The position numbers were made by a program, and so were the translations under genes. From assembly GCF_009914755.1 (NCBI RefSeq), contig NC_060945.1: 64,000 nucleotides of DNA; one strand, written 5' to 3'. Below the pieces are notes generated by a model. That model saw nothing but the letters and a program-made list of their open reading frames with translations, had not been told where the DNA came from and searched no databases. Every line of letters begins with the position of its first letter. Positions within the stretch are counted from its first letter, which is position 1. This stretch comes from the human T2T-CHM13v2.0 reference genome, Homo sapiens. Positions 11,326 through 21,815 of this stretch are shown here, in pieces.

Positions 11326-12063
11326 CATCTAAGGGTTGCCTCCCCGAGTTTTTATTCTCTTCCCAGTCTGTCTGCTTTTGTGGATGTCTGGAGCTCTTGA
11401 GCAGTTGCTTTCTGATTTTGCCCAGAGCTTTCAGTTGCAATCAGCGAGAAAGAAGCTGCAGGAACTTGTTTCATCTTGACCATTCATACATATTGAACTG
11501 ATGTGTTTGTTACATTCTACCGTCTCTTGAGTGTAATCAAATAAAAGAGCATCTGATGTAATAGGAAAATAGAGCAGGCTTTGCTAACCAGCTCATCCTC
11601 CCTCCGCAGACACCACACAGAACGTTGGTTCCTGGAGGCTCCAATCCATGTTGAGGATTGGCATAATGGGAACGGAATGATCTTGGGTCATAGGTTTTGC
11701 TTTTTTTTTTTTTTTTTGCTTCTATTCAGAAAAAATTATACTTTAGAATTCTGATTAAAAATCTGAGAAATGAAATGAGCATGCCTTTTAAAAAATGTTT
11801 CACAAGAACATTGCAGTTTTATTCTAGAAGTTGTAGCAGGGAGATTTTGGCTTCATGTAATAGAAAGCCCAATGAGAATAAGATTAAACACTAAGGGAAA
11901 TGGGTTTGCTGCATGTAAGGAAATCTAGAAGTGGGCATGGCCTGGACTGGCTAATCCAGGGGATTAGCCAACTCTCTTACCTGGGGAAAGTTGCGGATAT
12001 TTTCCATGTAAATTCTCCTGAGTCCTGCAGCCTCAGTGAGAAAGTGTGCATGTGTGTACTCAC

Positions 12064-12081
12064 GTGTGTGTGTGTGTGTGT
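12064..12081. repeat. (TG)n microsatellite
   Basis: GTGTGTGT run. Confidence 0.85.
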
Positions 12082-12553
12082 AATGTGATGTGGGGGCTTT
12101 GGACAATCCATTCTCTTCTGTGCAGAGGTGAACTTTCACTTTGGAGAAACTGAACAACTGTCTGAGTGAGAGCACACTCTTATCATCCTGTGTGATCAGT
12201 GGCACTTTGCTAATGATCCAAGAAGTGAGAGACAACAGGTGGAGCAGAAATTAGAGTCCACCAGGCCATATTACTCCCACTGGGGAGGGCTGCACCCAGT
12301 GATACACTGAAAAACGTGTAACACGTCACTCCCTGAAAAAGGCTGTGCTTTGTAGCATTTGTCAATTTCCGTGGTCTAAATATTGACCCACTTTTTGTTC
12401 CCAACACAATGTCCCTAAAAATGGCGATGGGAAGCTTTGCACCCCAGGCTCTTATGAGCCGGCACGAGCTGGCTCCAGCACACCACTGGTTTCCACTTGA
12501 AATAGTGAGAATATCTAGTTTTTATTGAGAACGTGGCTGTGCACAGCCTAGAA

Positions 12554-12763
12554 CAGGATTTCTCAGCCTCACTTCTACAGGCCTTCTGGGCTGGCACATC
12601 CTCTGTTATGAGGCCTCACTGTCCATGGTAAGATGTTTGGCAGCATCCCTGGCCTTTACCCACCATGGGCCAGTAGTATTCTCCCAGTTGTGACAACTAA
12701 AATATCTTCAAGCTTTGTCAAATGTCCCCTGTGGGCAAAATTGTGCCCGTTGGAGAACCACTG
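12554..12763 (-). mobile_element. Full-length MER20 (hAT-Charlie non-autonomous element)
   Basis: Ends CAGGATTTCTCA...GAGAACCACTG. Perfect 8-bp TSD GCCTAGAA at 12546-12553 and 12764-12771. Confidence 0.85.
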
Positions 12764-15089
12764 GCCTAGAAGAAGAAGGGTGAGTTGGCTCAGTATGGAA
12801 GCTGTTTATTTGTTTTGAGGTCCTGCTAACATTTGAAGGCAAAGAGAAGGCCTGACATTTGCTGTGGGCTTGGGCTTCATAAATGCCCGTCAAAGAATGG
12901 TCTATGCAAAGGCAGTGATTTCACATATGTCTGAATGTGGATTTATACATTTTTTTCTAGTTGGTGTGTGTCAGGTGTAGAATCCCTACATTCTGTTTGC
13001 TCTATAAGGTAGTATTTTTAACAGTGATTTAAACATTTTAAACTATTGATTTTTCATCATAGTTTTTGCTCCAGTAGAAATTAGGAATTGATCAATTCTT
13101 TTTAACTTCAGGTGTGCAAAGCAATTGGCTGATTAAACCTACAAATATAGTAGAACCCTTATGTTATTTTCTGGATGAGAACTAAATGTTAAAATTTGAG
13201 AAAGGTGAGGACAAAATTCTTTATGGATCTTGGTTAGGGGTTTCAAATGTCAATCAAGATATAAATGAGATGAATGCCTTGTGGAATTAATTATTTTTAT
13301 GACTGTGTTATGATATGAAAATGTTATGATAGGGAAAAATGCAAGAAACTGTTACCCCTGTAGGAATATTGACTTTGTAGCCTTGGTTAGAAGACAGGCT
13401 CTGATGGAAAAATTTGCTATGATGGATTGTGCCATGGAGACTTGACTCTCTCTACATTTATGGCACTGAAGCCACCTCTGTGGTGTGCAGTGTGGACGCA
13501 TGCCACGTCTCTCAGACGAAGCACACCTGGCAGTGGGCAGGCCCTGGCTGTGCCCTGCTGCTGTGGCCTGCCCCTTCTTCCTCTAGTAGGGCGGGGACCC
13601 TCTAACCAGGCAGCTTTGGACTAGACCAGTGCTATTCGAAGAATGATCTGGAGACAGTGACCAGGAGTCCTTTGTGGACCTGGGGACCTAACATTAGGAA
13701 TGATAAGTCCAGAAACTGAGCATTTAGAAACTTGTAAAGAAATTTGATGTTGCCATGTGAAGTAAAAATGTGGTCTGTTTTAGCAATTCATTTATTTTGT
13801 AGTTTTTAATAGTGTTGGTCTACAATAGATTAGGAAAAACAAAACCAAACAAGAAACCAACCAACCTCCTCCAAATCTGGTTCTTTTCCTCCAAATACTC
13901 AGAGAAGCACAAGAATAGACTGTTTACACCCTGGAGAGTCTTGCACAGTCTGTTTCCAGCTCATGCACCGTGAAGGCTGCTATGAGAGTAATAAACTGTG
14001 TTTCTTTCAAGGGAGGTGATGAAAATTGGAGAAGGTGGTGAGGATGCTTGATTGAAGTGAGTCCACAGCAGGCTTCACAGGGACTGTGGAGGCCTCTGCC
14101 AGGTGCATGTCCAGCCCCCTCAGCTTCTTTGTGGACATCCTGGGCCCTTCAGGGCTCTCTCGGGGTAAGGCGTGAGACCAGATCCTCACATAACTTCCAA
14201 GAGAACTGAAACCAGGACAGGGATGCAACACACTCAACTGTTCACTCTCCAGAACGATTTTCAGCATTTCAGGTGGAACTGAAATCTCTCGGACTCTGAG
14301 GCCTGCTCTCTTGTAACCTCTAACTTAAGTGCTAAAAGGTATACTAAATGCATTTTCAGTTTTGTTGCTATATTTGCAAGTTTCTGAAACTCTGCCTATA
14401 GTTCATAATTGTAGATAAAGAAGTAAAAAAAAAGAAAGCATTTGTTCTGTTGAAGGTAAAATATGCCCACATGTCATATGCAAAATGACATTGATGTGAG
14501 AGCCATTTCCTCTCATTTACATAAGACAAAGTTCCTTCCATGCCAAACTTCTCTAGAAACAATATCTGGAAAAGCACAGGTGAAGGAGAGGTATGACAGA
14601 AGAATCCCAAACTGGATACTGAACGCAGAACTTGTTGCCCTTGTCTAGCAAGTTCAGATTGCCATAAGGAAGTCACCATGAGTGGTAGGTTAAATGGCCA
14701 TTGCTACATTAAACTTTCTCTTAATATCACTTCAAACATTTAAAAATATATATTAGAAGAAATGCTACCATTTTCAATTAATTCTATTTTACTGGTTTCT
14801 CTTTCTGTTAATATAAATATGCATAGCTCTTTTCTTCAAATACAAAGCTGTTGGAAATTTCTAGGAACTAATTATCAAGAGGAAGAAGAATATTAACAAT
14901 ATACCTTGAAGTTTGTATTTCTTTTAGTCATAGCATTTTTAGATATTCATTTAAACATGAAAAATATTGGAACAATCTTGTTTTACCAACAAAACAACAG
15001 ATTCCTAGATATAATTTTTATTTAGTCAGGCTTCTCATTTTTTTCAGTCCTCAATTCTTTTTTCTTCTATTGTCTAAAGGACATCTTAC

Positions 15090-15339
15090 CATGCTGCATC
15101 CCTGTTGTCTTCAGTAAGGATGGCACCAAGTTCAAGAGACTGAAGAAGAGACCTGGAGCCAGTGAATGAGACATAGAGTTTACTGAGGGGACTTACATAC
15201 AGGGCAGCCCACTGGTAGGAGGCTGGACAGCAGAAGTGCTACCATTTATAAAAAGCATGCAGTTTATACAGACTAGGTGAGTCTGCATGCTCAGGGTATG
15301 CTTAAATTAAGTTATTCCTGTCAGGTTTGTCTACCGTAC
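15090..15339 (-). mobile_element. 3' LTR of the class III provirus
   Basis: GGATGGCACCAAGTTCAAGAGACTGAAGAAGAGACCTGGAGCCAGTGAA is shared with 17834-18078. A polypurine tract (TGGGGAGGAGG on the minus strand) is adjacent. Confidence 0.8.
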
Positions 15340-15554
15340 CCTCCTCCCCAGCAGACCCTGGAATGCCGCTCACATTCTCACCGTGTCATTCCTCCACGAT
15401 TTCCCTGGGCCAGGTATGGGGGGGAACATTGCAGCCAGATCTCATAGCAGCAACACAAATTACAACAAAACAGAATAACAAATACAATAACAGTCATAAC
15501 GTTTTCCCAAGTGCTTGGGAGTTGACCTTACATGCTCAGTGGCAGGCCTATGGT

Positions 15555-15650
15555 GGAGAGGACAGCTCTTCGCACACCCAACAGTCTGGATGTTTTCTGG
15601 AGAGATGCCACCATCTGCACCCAGTTGGCAAAGAGGTTTGCTGCACACCA
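15555..15650 (-). pseudogene. env SU-like remnant (CWVC motif)
   Basis: Minus-strand HPDCWVCEEL; CWVC at 15572-15583 lies between RT and the PPT, where env is expected. Short motif only. Confidence 0.4.
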
Positions 15651-15654
15651 TCCA

Positions 15655-15780
15655 ACAAGATGACACCCAGGTATTTGATTGATAAGCCTGGCCCCTGGAC
15701 TTTGTGTTGACCACCCATCCTCTGTTCTCCAAGTGAGACAGCAAGGTGATTGTTGCAGTTTGTAAGCTGGAAAAACACTC
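15655..15780 (-). pseudogene. pol (reverse transcriptase) remnant, frameshifted
   Basis: LQTATITLLSHLENRGWVVNTK / KVQGPGLSIKYLGVIL resembles class III RT GWEINPxKIQGPxTSVKFLGV. Confidence 0.75.
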
Positions 15781-15984
15781 GAAGTTAATGGAAAACATGT
15801 ACCCTCCCCCTCTGGGATGATATTTCCAGGGGAAGATGGTAAAGGCCCGTTGTTCTTATGTTTGAGGGAGCGAAAATATTTTGCATATTACCAAGTGACT
15901 AGTGTCACACCCAGTGGGTCACGCTGCTGGCCCTTTGGTTGCCCCCTTTCCTTTGGCGCCCTTGACTTTCATCCTTGTAGCATG

Positions 15985-16190
15985 TACCCCTTGCCCATGC
16001 AGTTTCTTCATGTCTCCTAAGTCAGTGGCTGCTCGGGCCACTGGAGACACTGGCTGTCCTGCCTAAGGGTTCAGGAGAGACACTAGCACACCATACCACT
16101 GACTGGATGCTGGCTCTAATCTTTCATGCCGCCAGTGAACAAAAGCTGATTTTTGGAAACTAGATAGTGCTCAGCGTAGATAGCATGCTT
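15985..16190 (-). pseudogene. gag remnant with stop codons
   Basis: KHAIYAEHYLVSKNQLLFTGGMKD* / PASSQWYGVLVSLLNP*AGQPVSPVARAATDLGDMKK resembles the class III ERV Gag C-terminal region from memory, and its position is consistent. Confidence 0.5.
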
Positions 16191-16355
16191 CCTTCTTAAT
16201 TCCCAGAGGATGTCTGGCACTTTCGTCATAGTCTGGCGTTGCAGAGGAGATGTGGGGATGTCTGCTCAGCATAGACAGTATACTTCATTCTTAATTCCCA
16301 GAGGATGTCTGGCATTTTCGTCGTAGGCTGGCATTGCAGAGGAGACGGGGTGGGG
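16168..16355. repeat. 95-bp tandem duplication inside the provirus
   Basis: TGCTCAGC.TAGA.AG.AT.CTTC.TTCTTAATTCCCAGAGGATGTCTGGCA... starts at 16168 and 16263. Confidence 0.85.
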
Positions 16356-16594
16356 GTGGTGTCTCACTCATTTGGCCAGTTCCCCTTGCAGCCACAACCA
16401 CCCAGCTACCATAGGTATGGCTCAATCCTCATTACTGGAGCTGCAGCGGTGCTGCCTCAGGACCGGGTGGCTTGTGGTGGACACCATTCCACTCACCTCA
16501 AATACAGAGATACAGCACCTCATGTCCCCTAGTGGTAGAAGCCACCCGTGATCAGCTCTCCCCCTTCCTCCTGAAACTATCTCCCAGCTCCACC

Positions 16595-16777
16595 AGTTCC
16601 ACAGTGGTGCCACCCTGCGCTGTGTCATGCTGCCATCTTTCAGGCAGGGGAGACAGTTCCACAGTGGTGCTCCCTTGTGCTGTGTCATGCTGCCATCTTT
16701 CAGGCAGGGGAGAGAGTTCCATAGTGGTGCCGCCCTGTGCTGTGTCGTGCTGCCATCTTTCAGGCAGGGGAGAGTTT
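16595..16777. repeat. 60-bp tandem repeat x3 inside the provirus
   Basis: AGTTCCACAGTGGTGC..CCTG.GCTGTGTCATGCTGCCATCTTTCAGGCAGGGGAGA at 16595, 16655 and 16715. Confidence 0.95.
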
Positions 16778-17345
16778 TGTGGGTCTACTCCCTGAGGGAG
16801 TGATTGGCCTGCCTTTATCTTGGTGGTGACCACTAGATGTGCATCGGGGGCTGGGAACCTCTATGGACTTATCTCAGTCCTTGTCCTCACTCTCCTCCCA
16901 GCGGGGCTCTCCATGGGGCCCTAGGACTTAGGGCCCCAGGATGATTGGGTCATGATAGCCCTGACTAGTAGATGTGGCAGTCAGCGACCCTTCAAATGGG
17001 CTACCCAATGATCCAGGGTCTCCATTTTGCCACCCTGTTCTCACAGGCAGGACAGTAAGTCTCTGATGTTTCAACCTGAGATAATCTTGTATCTCTTTCT
17101 GGTCATAAATTGTCTTGTACTTGATGCACCTTTGCCTGTGCTGTGAGCTGAGCCTCAGTGTCTGTTTGGAGTGTAGTCAGGAGCAGCCACCCGTTGTGGC
17201 TGCCAAAACTTGGGCATCTAACCTTGCTTAGATAGATATGCCCCCTGCCACAGCTCTTCCAGACCTCTCAGCATTTTCAGGGGGTTATCATACTCACTCA
17301 TTTGGCCTCATCCATTAAGGATAGTGGCTATAAGGCCCACATAGA

Positions 17346-17778
17346 CATGGACAGCCAGCCCAGGGTCTCTCCCATGGATGTCCCCTTCCCTGATCATAGG
17401 CATGGACAGCTGGCCCAGGTTTTCCTCCGTGGATCTTCCTTTCCTGATCACAGGCATGGACAGCCAGCCCAGGGTCTCCCCCGCGGATCTCCCCTTCCCT
17501 GATCATAGGCATGGACAGCCGGCCCAGGGTCTCCCCCATGGATCTCCCATTCCCTGATCATAGGCATGGACAGCCAGCCCAAGGTCTCCCCCGCGGATCT
17601 CCCCTTCCCTGATCATAGGCATGGACAGCCGGCCCAGGGTCTCCCCCATGGATCTCCCATTCCCTGATCATAGGCATGGACAGCCAGCCCAGGGTCTCCC
17701 CCGCGGATTTCCCCTTCCCTGATCATAGGCATGGACAGCCGGCCCAGGGTCTCCCCCGTGGATCTCCCCTTCCCTGAT
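17346..17778. repeat. 55-bp minisatellite, ~8 copies, in the proviral leader
   Basis: CATGGACAGCCRGCCCAGGGTCTCCCCCRYGGATCTCCCMTTCCCTGATCATAGG at 17346, 17401, 17455, 17510, 17565, 17620, 17675 and 17730. Confidence 0.97.
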
Positions 17779-17813
17779 GCTATCATCTTGGTATTCACGG
17801 GGTTTGCTCTGAC

Positions 17814-17831
17814 TTACTGGCTTCCTCACCA
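17814..17831 (-). other. Degenerate primer-binding site (tRNA-Arg-like)
   Basis: Minus-strand TGGTGAGGAAGCCAGTAA lies 2 nt from the 5' LTR end; 13/18 match to TGGCGAGCCAGCCAGGAG (complement of the tRNA-Arg(ACG) 3' end). Confidence 0.5.
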
Positions 17832-17833
17832 GT

Positions 17834-18078
17834 TGTGCTGGATCCTTATTGGCTTTGGTAGGGATGGCACCAGGTTCAAGAGGCTGAAGAAAAGACCTGG
17901 AGCCAGTGAACTGGATACGGGGTTTATTAAGGAAACTTTCATACAGGGCCATTGAGCGGTGGCAGGCTGGACAGGAGGAGCACTGTCATTTGTCAAAAGC
18001 ATGCAGTTTACACAGATCTGGTGCAGGTACATTCTCAGGCTTTGCTTAAGTGATTTCCACAGGTGCATCTGCTACACA
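17834..18078 (-). mobile_element. 5' LTR of the class III provirus
   Basis: TG...CA termini (TGTGCTGG...GCTACACA on the plus strand) and homology to 15090-15339. Confidence 0.8.
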
Positions 18079-19370
18079 TATCTCCACTTCATCATAAAAG
18101 CAGAATTGTGTTCCCCTGTCCTTTTCCCAGCTTTTTCATATATGTAAGTCGTGACATAAAATGCAAACTCTGGTCATTTTTATCCTTTTTCTGCACTTTT
18201 CCACTTATGGCTGGCTTGTCTTCAAGTCTGTTTCTTCTTCTTTCTTATGTTCAGATATTTCCATTTACTTACTCTCTCATCGAAGTGCCCTAGAAATGGG
18301 GCCAGTAGTGGCTTCTGCACATAGCACTGAGGTTATCTTTCTAAATTCTTCCTCTGTACTATCCTCCATAACAGCACATTAGCTTCCATTTGGGTCAAAT
18401 TAACCTCAACTTATGAACTTTAATATCCACCATCATTATATCCTCTTGTTTCATTAGGCACCATCTAAACCAAGTACTTTCGAAGTAATAAACATAAAAA
18501 GTTAAAAAACTTGGAACACAGTTTTTACTATGACTATTTCGATTTAGATTCTATTATTTATGCTCATGTGAATGCCTTCTAGTAAGTTTGGCCTTCTTGA
18601 ATGCAGTCATAGCTTGCACACGTATGGAATTGCTGGGTCGTGTTTTATTTTGTGTGTGTTTTCCTTGCAGTTATCCAATGGGTCCTGAGAGAGTGTGTTG
18701 GAGTCTGAACTGCCATTCTCAGCAAGTGTCTGACCCTTAACCCTGAGCCAGGCAGAGTCCGGGGACTAAGGTTCCATGCAGGAATGGAGTGGGGTGGCCC
18801 ATCTCATGGAGGAGGAGATGAGACATAGGCAACAAGATGTGGTTAAAGACGGACAGGGGGTCAGAAATCAAAGAAAAAGAGAAAATCAAGTATCATCATC
18901 TCTCAAGGGTCGGGGTACCAGAAAGAAAGCCAACTTGAAGCAATGAGTATTTATTGCCAGTTATAACTACAGATAGCTGAGTGGGGAGAGAAGCGTTGGA
19001 AGCAAAATAGAAGAAGAAACCCAGAAATGTCCAGGTGTGCGAAAACAAGTGCCGGCAGTCGCATTAAGAGGTTACTGGGGCCTTGACCGTGGTCAGGGAG
19101 AGAAATGGCATCAAGGCAGCTTAGAGACGCGCTGCTGGGAATTTCAGTTTGGCTTTCATGGTAATATTAGTACCTGGATTTTAACGAATACGTGTGCACT
19201 TGGCACTGGGCTGATATTTATTCAAGGGCCTTAATTGATGCTAAGAAACATAATTTTAAAAACCACTGTTTTCTTTATATTTAATGATTTTAGTAGTAGT
19301 TATGATACCAGTAAAATATTAATGTTTATTCAGCTCTCCTTTGTGCTGGCATATCCAGGTTTTCATCCAC

Positions 19371-19765
19371 TGTGGCTGACTGAAAAGCATGGCCATGCTA
19401 TTTTGTAGCTTTCCTATCAGGGCATGATCTATTTCTCCACCCCTTCACTCTGGGCTGAACTTGTGATTTGCGGTGACTAACAGAATGCGGTGAAAGACCC
19501 CCAAGAGGCCTTGCCTCTTCTGCCTTCACTTTCCTGGGACGTTGCTGCCTTCATGAGAGGAAGTCAATGATCCTCTTTGAGATTGAAAGACGACCTGGAA
19601 AGGAGGAGCTCTTGCGGTTCACCCAGCTGAGCTCAGCCTAATCCAACACAGCTGAACCCATGCAAGATCAGCAAAAGCACCTCTTGGCCCACCCAGAGAG
19701 CTGTGAGAAATGTAAGTCAGTCCGATTTGGGGTACCTTGTCTGGCAGTATTGAATAACTAATGAA
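19371..19765 (+). mobile_element. MLT1G/H-like MaLR LTR
   Basis: TCTATTTCTCCACCCTT..CTCTGGGCTG..CTTGTGATTTGC..TGACTAACAGAATGCGG...GTGAGAAAT...TTTGGGGT...GATAACTAAT-like end. Confidence 0.65.
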
Positions 19766-20112
19766 CCTTCAATTTTAACAAGCCTGCCCTTTGGCACACA
19801 CACTCACCCGCACACTGATTCAAACAACAAACTATGCGAGGCCCAGGACGTGACCAGGTGGCATGTCAGTAAATACCTGTTTCCAGGCCCTTTACGAACT
19901 TTTCAATACTCACTAGAGCTGCACAAAAATTGTGCTATTGCTGCATAAAGATTGGCTATGACCGTTTTTTGTGGAGAGACAATTTCACATCTTGAAAAGA
20001 TATAGTTTTTACCCAAATCTGGGATTCCACACCCAAGACATGGCTGCTCAGAAACAATTGTGCTGAAGAGATTGATTGCCTCTTGGTTGTTGTAGGCTCA
20101 GGGGAGGAAAGA

Positions 20113-20281
20113 TCTGGGTTTGAATCACTGGCCCTACAATTAACAAGATTTGTGGCATGGGAAAAATGCCTGACTTTCTAAATCTTCATTGCACCTCTGT
20201 AAATGGAGGCAAATAACATTAATCAATCTAGGTTATTTTGAAATACATAGTAAAATCACTCAATCTAGTGCCTACCACATA
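20113..20281 (+). mobile_element. MIR
   Basis: CTGGGTTTGAATC...CTCTGTAAATGGAGG...AGTGCCTACCACATA core. Confidence 0.65.
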
Positions 20282-20469
20282 CCAATTTTCAAAAACTGTA
20301 GTTTTCCTCCCCTGGTACAGTGCTTCTGTAACTGTTGTACCATTACAATCTGCACCAAAAGCAATTGGAGTTTGTTTAAAATGTGGGTATCCAGGCCCAC
20401 CACACAGTGGTCAGTTATATTACTTTTATCTCTTATAATCCATTTTTCTTGATTATATTATTTTAAAAT

Positions 20470-21445
20470 ATATGTGACACCAACTAGAATGGCTAAGATG
20501 GAAAATACAGACAGTATTAATTGTTGGCTAGGATGTGGAGCAGTTGGGACTCTCCTACTCTGCTCCTGGGGGTGTGCACTGCTGTATTTACTAAAGCTGG
20601 GCATAACTGAACCCAAGAATTCCAATCCTAGGCATATTCCCAATGGAAATGTGTGCATGTGATCACCAAAAGATAGATATTATTAAAATGTTTATAGCAG
20701 CACTCTTTGCAATAGCTCCCAACTGGAAACTACTAGGTGCCCATCAACAGCAGAGTGGACTTTTTTTGAAGCTGGGATACAATGCAGCAATGAGCATGAA
20801 CAAACGACCACACACTGCAGCACAGGTGCATCTCACAAATGCCATGTTGTAGACAAGAAGCACATACAACAGTACATACTGTACAATTACATTGACTTAA
20901 GCTTAAGAAATGGTAAAACTGGCTGGGTGTGGTGGCTCATGCCTGTAATCCCAGCACTTTGGGAGGCCGAGGTGGGCAGATCACGAGGTCAGGAGCTCGA
21001 GACCAGCCTGGCCAACATAGTGAAACCCCGTCTCTACTAAAACTACAAGAAAATTAACCGAGTGTGGTGGTACGTGCCTGTAGTCCCAACTACTCGGGAG
21101 GCTGAGGTGGGAATTGCTTGAACTCGGGAGGCAGAGTTTGCAGTGAGCCGAGATCACGCCACTGAACTCCATCCTGTTGACAGAGTGAGACTCCATCTTA
21201 AAAAAAAAAAAAAGGAACTGGTAAAACAATACTATGGTCTTAGAGGCTCAGAGTAGTAGCTACCCCTGTTTGGGTTAGTGACGGGAAGGGCACCAGGAAG
21301 GTTTTGGGGGTGCAGTAATGCTCTCTGTTTCTTGATCCAGGTGCTGACTAGATGGCTGTGTTTGTTTTGTGCAAGTTTGTTGAGCTGTACCACTTATAAT
21401 CCGTCCACATCTCTGGATGCATATTATACTAAGTAAAAAGTTTAC
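20470..21445 (+). mobile_element. L1ME/L1MD-like 3' end, interrupted by an Alu
   Basis: ACACCAACTAGAATGGCTAAGAT...ATGTTTATAGCAGCACTCTTTGCAATAGCTCCCAACTGGAAAC...GTTTCTTGATCCAGGTGCTG. Confidence 0.75.
20921..21213 (+). mobile_element. AluS (AluSg-like)
   Basis: Full dimer with poly(A) and TSD GAAMTGGTAAAAC. Confidence 0.95.
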
Positions 21446-21574
21446 GTTCATAAAATAAACCATGGGACATAAAGGATACGTTTTTGCAAACTTCCTTTAT
21501 GTCTCTCTAAATTCTCCCCTGCGTTCCTCTCTTCAACATGAATGTTTGGAGAACTAAGAGAAAGAAACACAAAC

Positions 21575-21815
21575 CCTGACTAACTTGAATTTAGAATTTT
21601 TTGACTTACAATAGGTTTATTGGGACGTACCCCATCGTAGGTCAAGGAGTATCTGGACTTACAATGGTTTACCTTAGGATATTTTGAGTTTATCATGGGT
21701 TTATCAAGGTATTAAATGCATTTTGATTTATGATATTTTAGACTTATGATTAGTTTATCAGGCTGTAACCCCACTGGAAGTCTAGGAGGACCTGCATTCT
21801 AATTTTAAAAATATG
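21575..21815 (+). mobile_element. MER47/Tigger5-derived DNA transposon fragment
   Basis: GGGTTTATC...AATGCATTTTTGATTTATGATATTTT...GTAACCCCA...AAGTC.AGGAG.A.CTG resembles the MER47 terminal repeat. Confidence 0.6.

Larger units (their letters stand above)
15090..18078 (-). mobile_element. Internally deleted class III (ERVL/HERV-S-like) provirus with two LTRs (possibly LTR47/LTR18 group)
   Basis: Direct repeats at 15090-15339 and 17834-18078 (12 mismatches in the first 77 aligned bp). PBS-like site at 17814-17831, PPT at 15340-15350, and gag/RT/env-like remnants in proviral order on the minus strand. Confidence 0.85.

Noticed and set aside
15082-18083. TSD for the class III provirus (CATCT / TATCT)
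   Set aside because: The match is 4/5 and offset by ~3 nt from the inferred LTR end, so I did not count it as evidence.
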